Source: Kiritimatiellia bacterium (lineage in GTDB: Bacteria; Verrucomicrobiota; Kiritimatiellia; RFP12; UBA1067). From it: a stretch of DNA of 64,000 nucleotides. The notes beneath the pieces were generated by a model. That model was given only the letters and a program-made list of their open reading frames with translations. It was not told the origin of the DNA and made no database searches. Positions 62,872-64,000 of the stretch are shown piece after piece; the first letter of the stretch is position 1, and each line of letters begins with the position of its first letter. The DNA is taken from positions 7,910 to 71,909 of the forward strand of contig JAFPUH010000004.1 of the NCBI GenBank assembly GCA_017395505.1, read 5' to 3'. Position numbers and translations under genes: made by a program.

Positions 62872-64000
62872 TGGAAGCCTCCTCAATCTTTTTCTCAAGC
62901 GAAGCCTTGAGCGTCTTGAACTCGTCGGAGCCGAACGGCTTGTCGTTCCAGTCGATGAACGTCTGTTGAAGATCCATGAAGAACTGGCGAGTCTCATCCT
63001 TCTCTGCGAACGAGTAGCTGGACAGCAGCGCCTTCTCCACGATGCCGAACATCACCTGCTGGCGTTCGACGGGCGTTGTCGCGTCAGAGTCGCTGAATGC
63101 GTTCTGCTGCAGATACACCGCATCGAGGAATTCCGCCTTAAGGTAGGTCGTGAAGTCTGCAAGGCTCGTGCCTTCTTCGCCGACGACCTTCATCATCTGT
63201 CCGACCTCGTTGCCCTTGCGGAGGATGGAGCGAGCCATCTCGACGCGGTCCTGCTCTATGACGGAGTTGTAGTGGCTCCAGCTGTCTAGAGGATCGATCG
63301 CAGGGTAGCGGCGCGCATCGGAGCGGGCGCGGCTCAAGCCATGGAACCCGCCGACGACCTTGAGGGTCGCCTGGGTCACAGGCTCGTCAAAGTTGCCGCC
63401 GGCAGGAGAGACCGTGCCGCCTATCGTCACGGACCCCGTATTGCCGTCCTTGAGCTTTACGCGGCCCGCGCGCTCGTAGAACGCCGCTATGCGGCTCTCG
63501 AGGTAGGCGGGAAACGCCTCTTCGCCAGGAATCTCCTCGAGACGCCCGGAAAGTTCGCGCATTGCCTGCGCCCAGCGCGACGTCGAGTCGGCAAGCACGA
63601 GAACGTTGAGGCCCATCTGTCTGAAGTATTCGGCGAGCGTCACGGCCGTGTACACCGAAGCTTCGCGCGATGCGACCGGCATGGACGACGTATTGCAGAT
63701 GATGATGGTGCGCTTCATCAGAGACTGGCCCGTCTTCGGGTCAACGATCTCAGGGAATTCCTTAAGGGTCTCGACGACCTCGCCGGCACGTTCGCCGCAT
63801 GCGGCGGAGATCACTATGTCGACCTTCGCGTAGCGCGCCGTCGTCTGCTGGAGAACCGTCTTGCCGGCGCCGAAGGGGCCGGGAATGCAGTAGGTTCCGC
63901 CGACAGCCACCGGGAAGAACGTGTCGATCGTACGGACGGTCGTCTCGAGGGTCTCGGTCGGCTCAAGGCGCTCGGTGAAGCACTTGATCGGCACCTTGAC
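62861..64000 (-). CDS. atpA: V/A-type ATP synthase catalytic subunit A, with the N-terminal part outside the window
   Basis: Walker [10 protein letters not shown]. ..[35 protein letters not shown].. is also present. The frame stays open to nt 64000, and the track 'M' at 63994 is an internal GTG. Confidence 0.9.
   Translation of the reverse strand, partial: VKVPIKCFTERLEPTETLETTVRTIDTFFPVAVGGTYCIPGPFGAGKTVLQQTTARYAKVDIVISAACGERAGEVVETLKEFPEIVDPKTGQSLMKRTIIICNTSSMPVASREASVYTAVTLAEYFRQMGLNVLVLADSTSRWAQAMRELSGRLEEIPGEEAFPAYLESRIAAFYERAGRVKLKDGNTGSVTIGGTVSPAGGNFDEPVTQATLKVVGGFHGLSRARSDARRYPAIDPLDSWSHYNSVIEQDRVEMARSILRKGNEVGQMMKVVGEEGTSLADFTTYLKAEFLDAVYLQQNAFSDSDATTPVERQQVMFGIVEKALLSSYSFAEKDETRQFFMDLQQTFIDWNDKPFGSDEFKTLKASLEKKIEEASNVQ

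Noticed and set aside
1-64000. Mobile elements, prophage, defence or toxin-antitoxin systems, and tRNA/rRNA/ncRNA genes
   Set aside because: No integrase, transposase, recombinase, nuclease-helicase or small paired ORFs were seen. No intergenic gap exceeds about 100 nt, so there is no room for structured RNA genes. None are reported.

Overview
This is a GC-rich, almost gap-free bacterial chromosomal window. The largest intergenic gap is about 97 nt, and I found no tRNA, rRNA, CRISPR array or mobile-element genes. Thirty-six consecutive genes lie on the + strand (1-61550), followed by two convergent V-type ATPase genes on the - strand. Gene content suggests a PVC-superphylum organism (Verrucomicrobiota, Kiritimatiellota or Lentisphaerota); this is inference only. 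Layout: (a) 1-20750 holds two tandem giant secreted proteins, one of at least 2,828 aa truncated by the window edge and one of 4,064 aa. Both are built from LamG, DUF2341-like, PKD/Ig-like, jelly-roll, lamin-tail-like and thrombospondin-type-3-like modules. (b) 20781-23964 holds ackA-pta-kpsF. (c) 23985-32087 holds a five-gene, translationally coupled pilMNOPQ-like cluster: secreted protein, PilM-PilN fusion, Amuc_1100-like PilO-position protein, PilP-like protein with a zinc ribbon and TSP3 loops, and a 1,191-aa secretin with an acidic repeat. From memory, its gene order matches Amuc_1102 to Amuc_1098 of Akkermansia muciniphila. (d) 32084-50241 holds tightly packed housekeeping genes: coaE, rho, uvrA, an ICMT-like membrane protein, D-aminoacylase, rpe, an MFS sugar transporter, galK, ppiD-like, dut, def, tig, clpP, clpX and panD. 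(e) 50308-58390 is a sialic-acid utilisation locus: sialidase, a NanM-like Kelch domain fused to an SSS transporter, an AGCS symporter, nanA, an orphan ORF and an AGE-type epimerase. (f) The window ends with TatD, an acyltransferase, rfbC/rfbA and V-ATPase B/A. The best candidate for something under-described is the combination of the giant MshQ-like/TSP3-rich proteins with the atypical PVC-type secretin/alignment cluster. No ATPase, platform protein or pilin is present in this window. I cannot show from sequence alone that any of this is truly undescribed, because the cluster type itself is known from Akkermansia. Everything from about 32 kb onward is ordinary core genome apart from the fusion and orphan noted in the findings.
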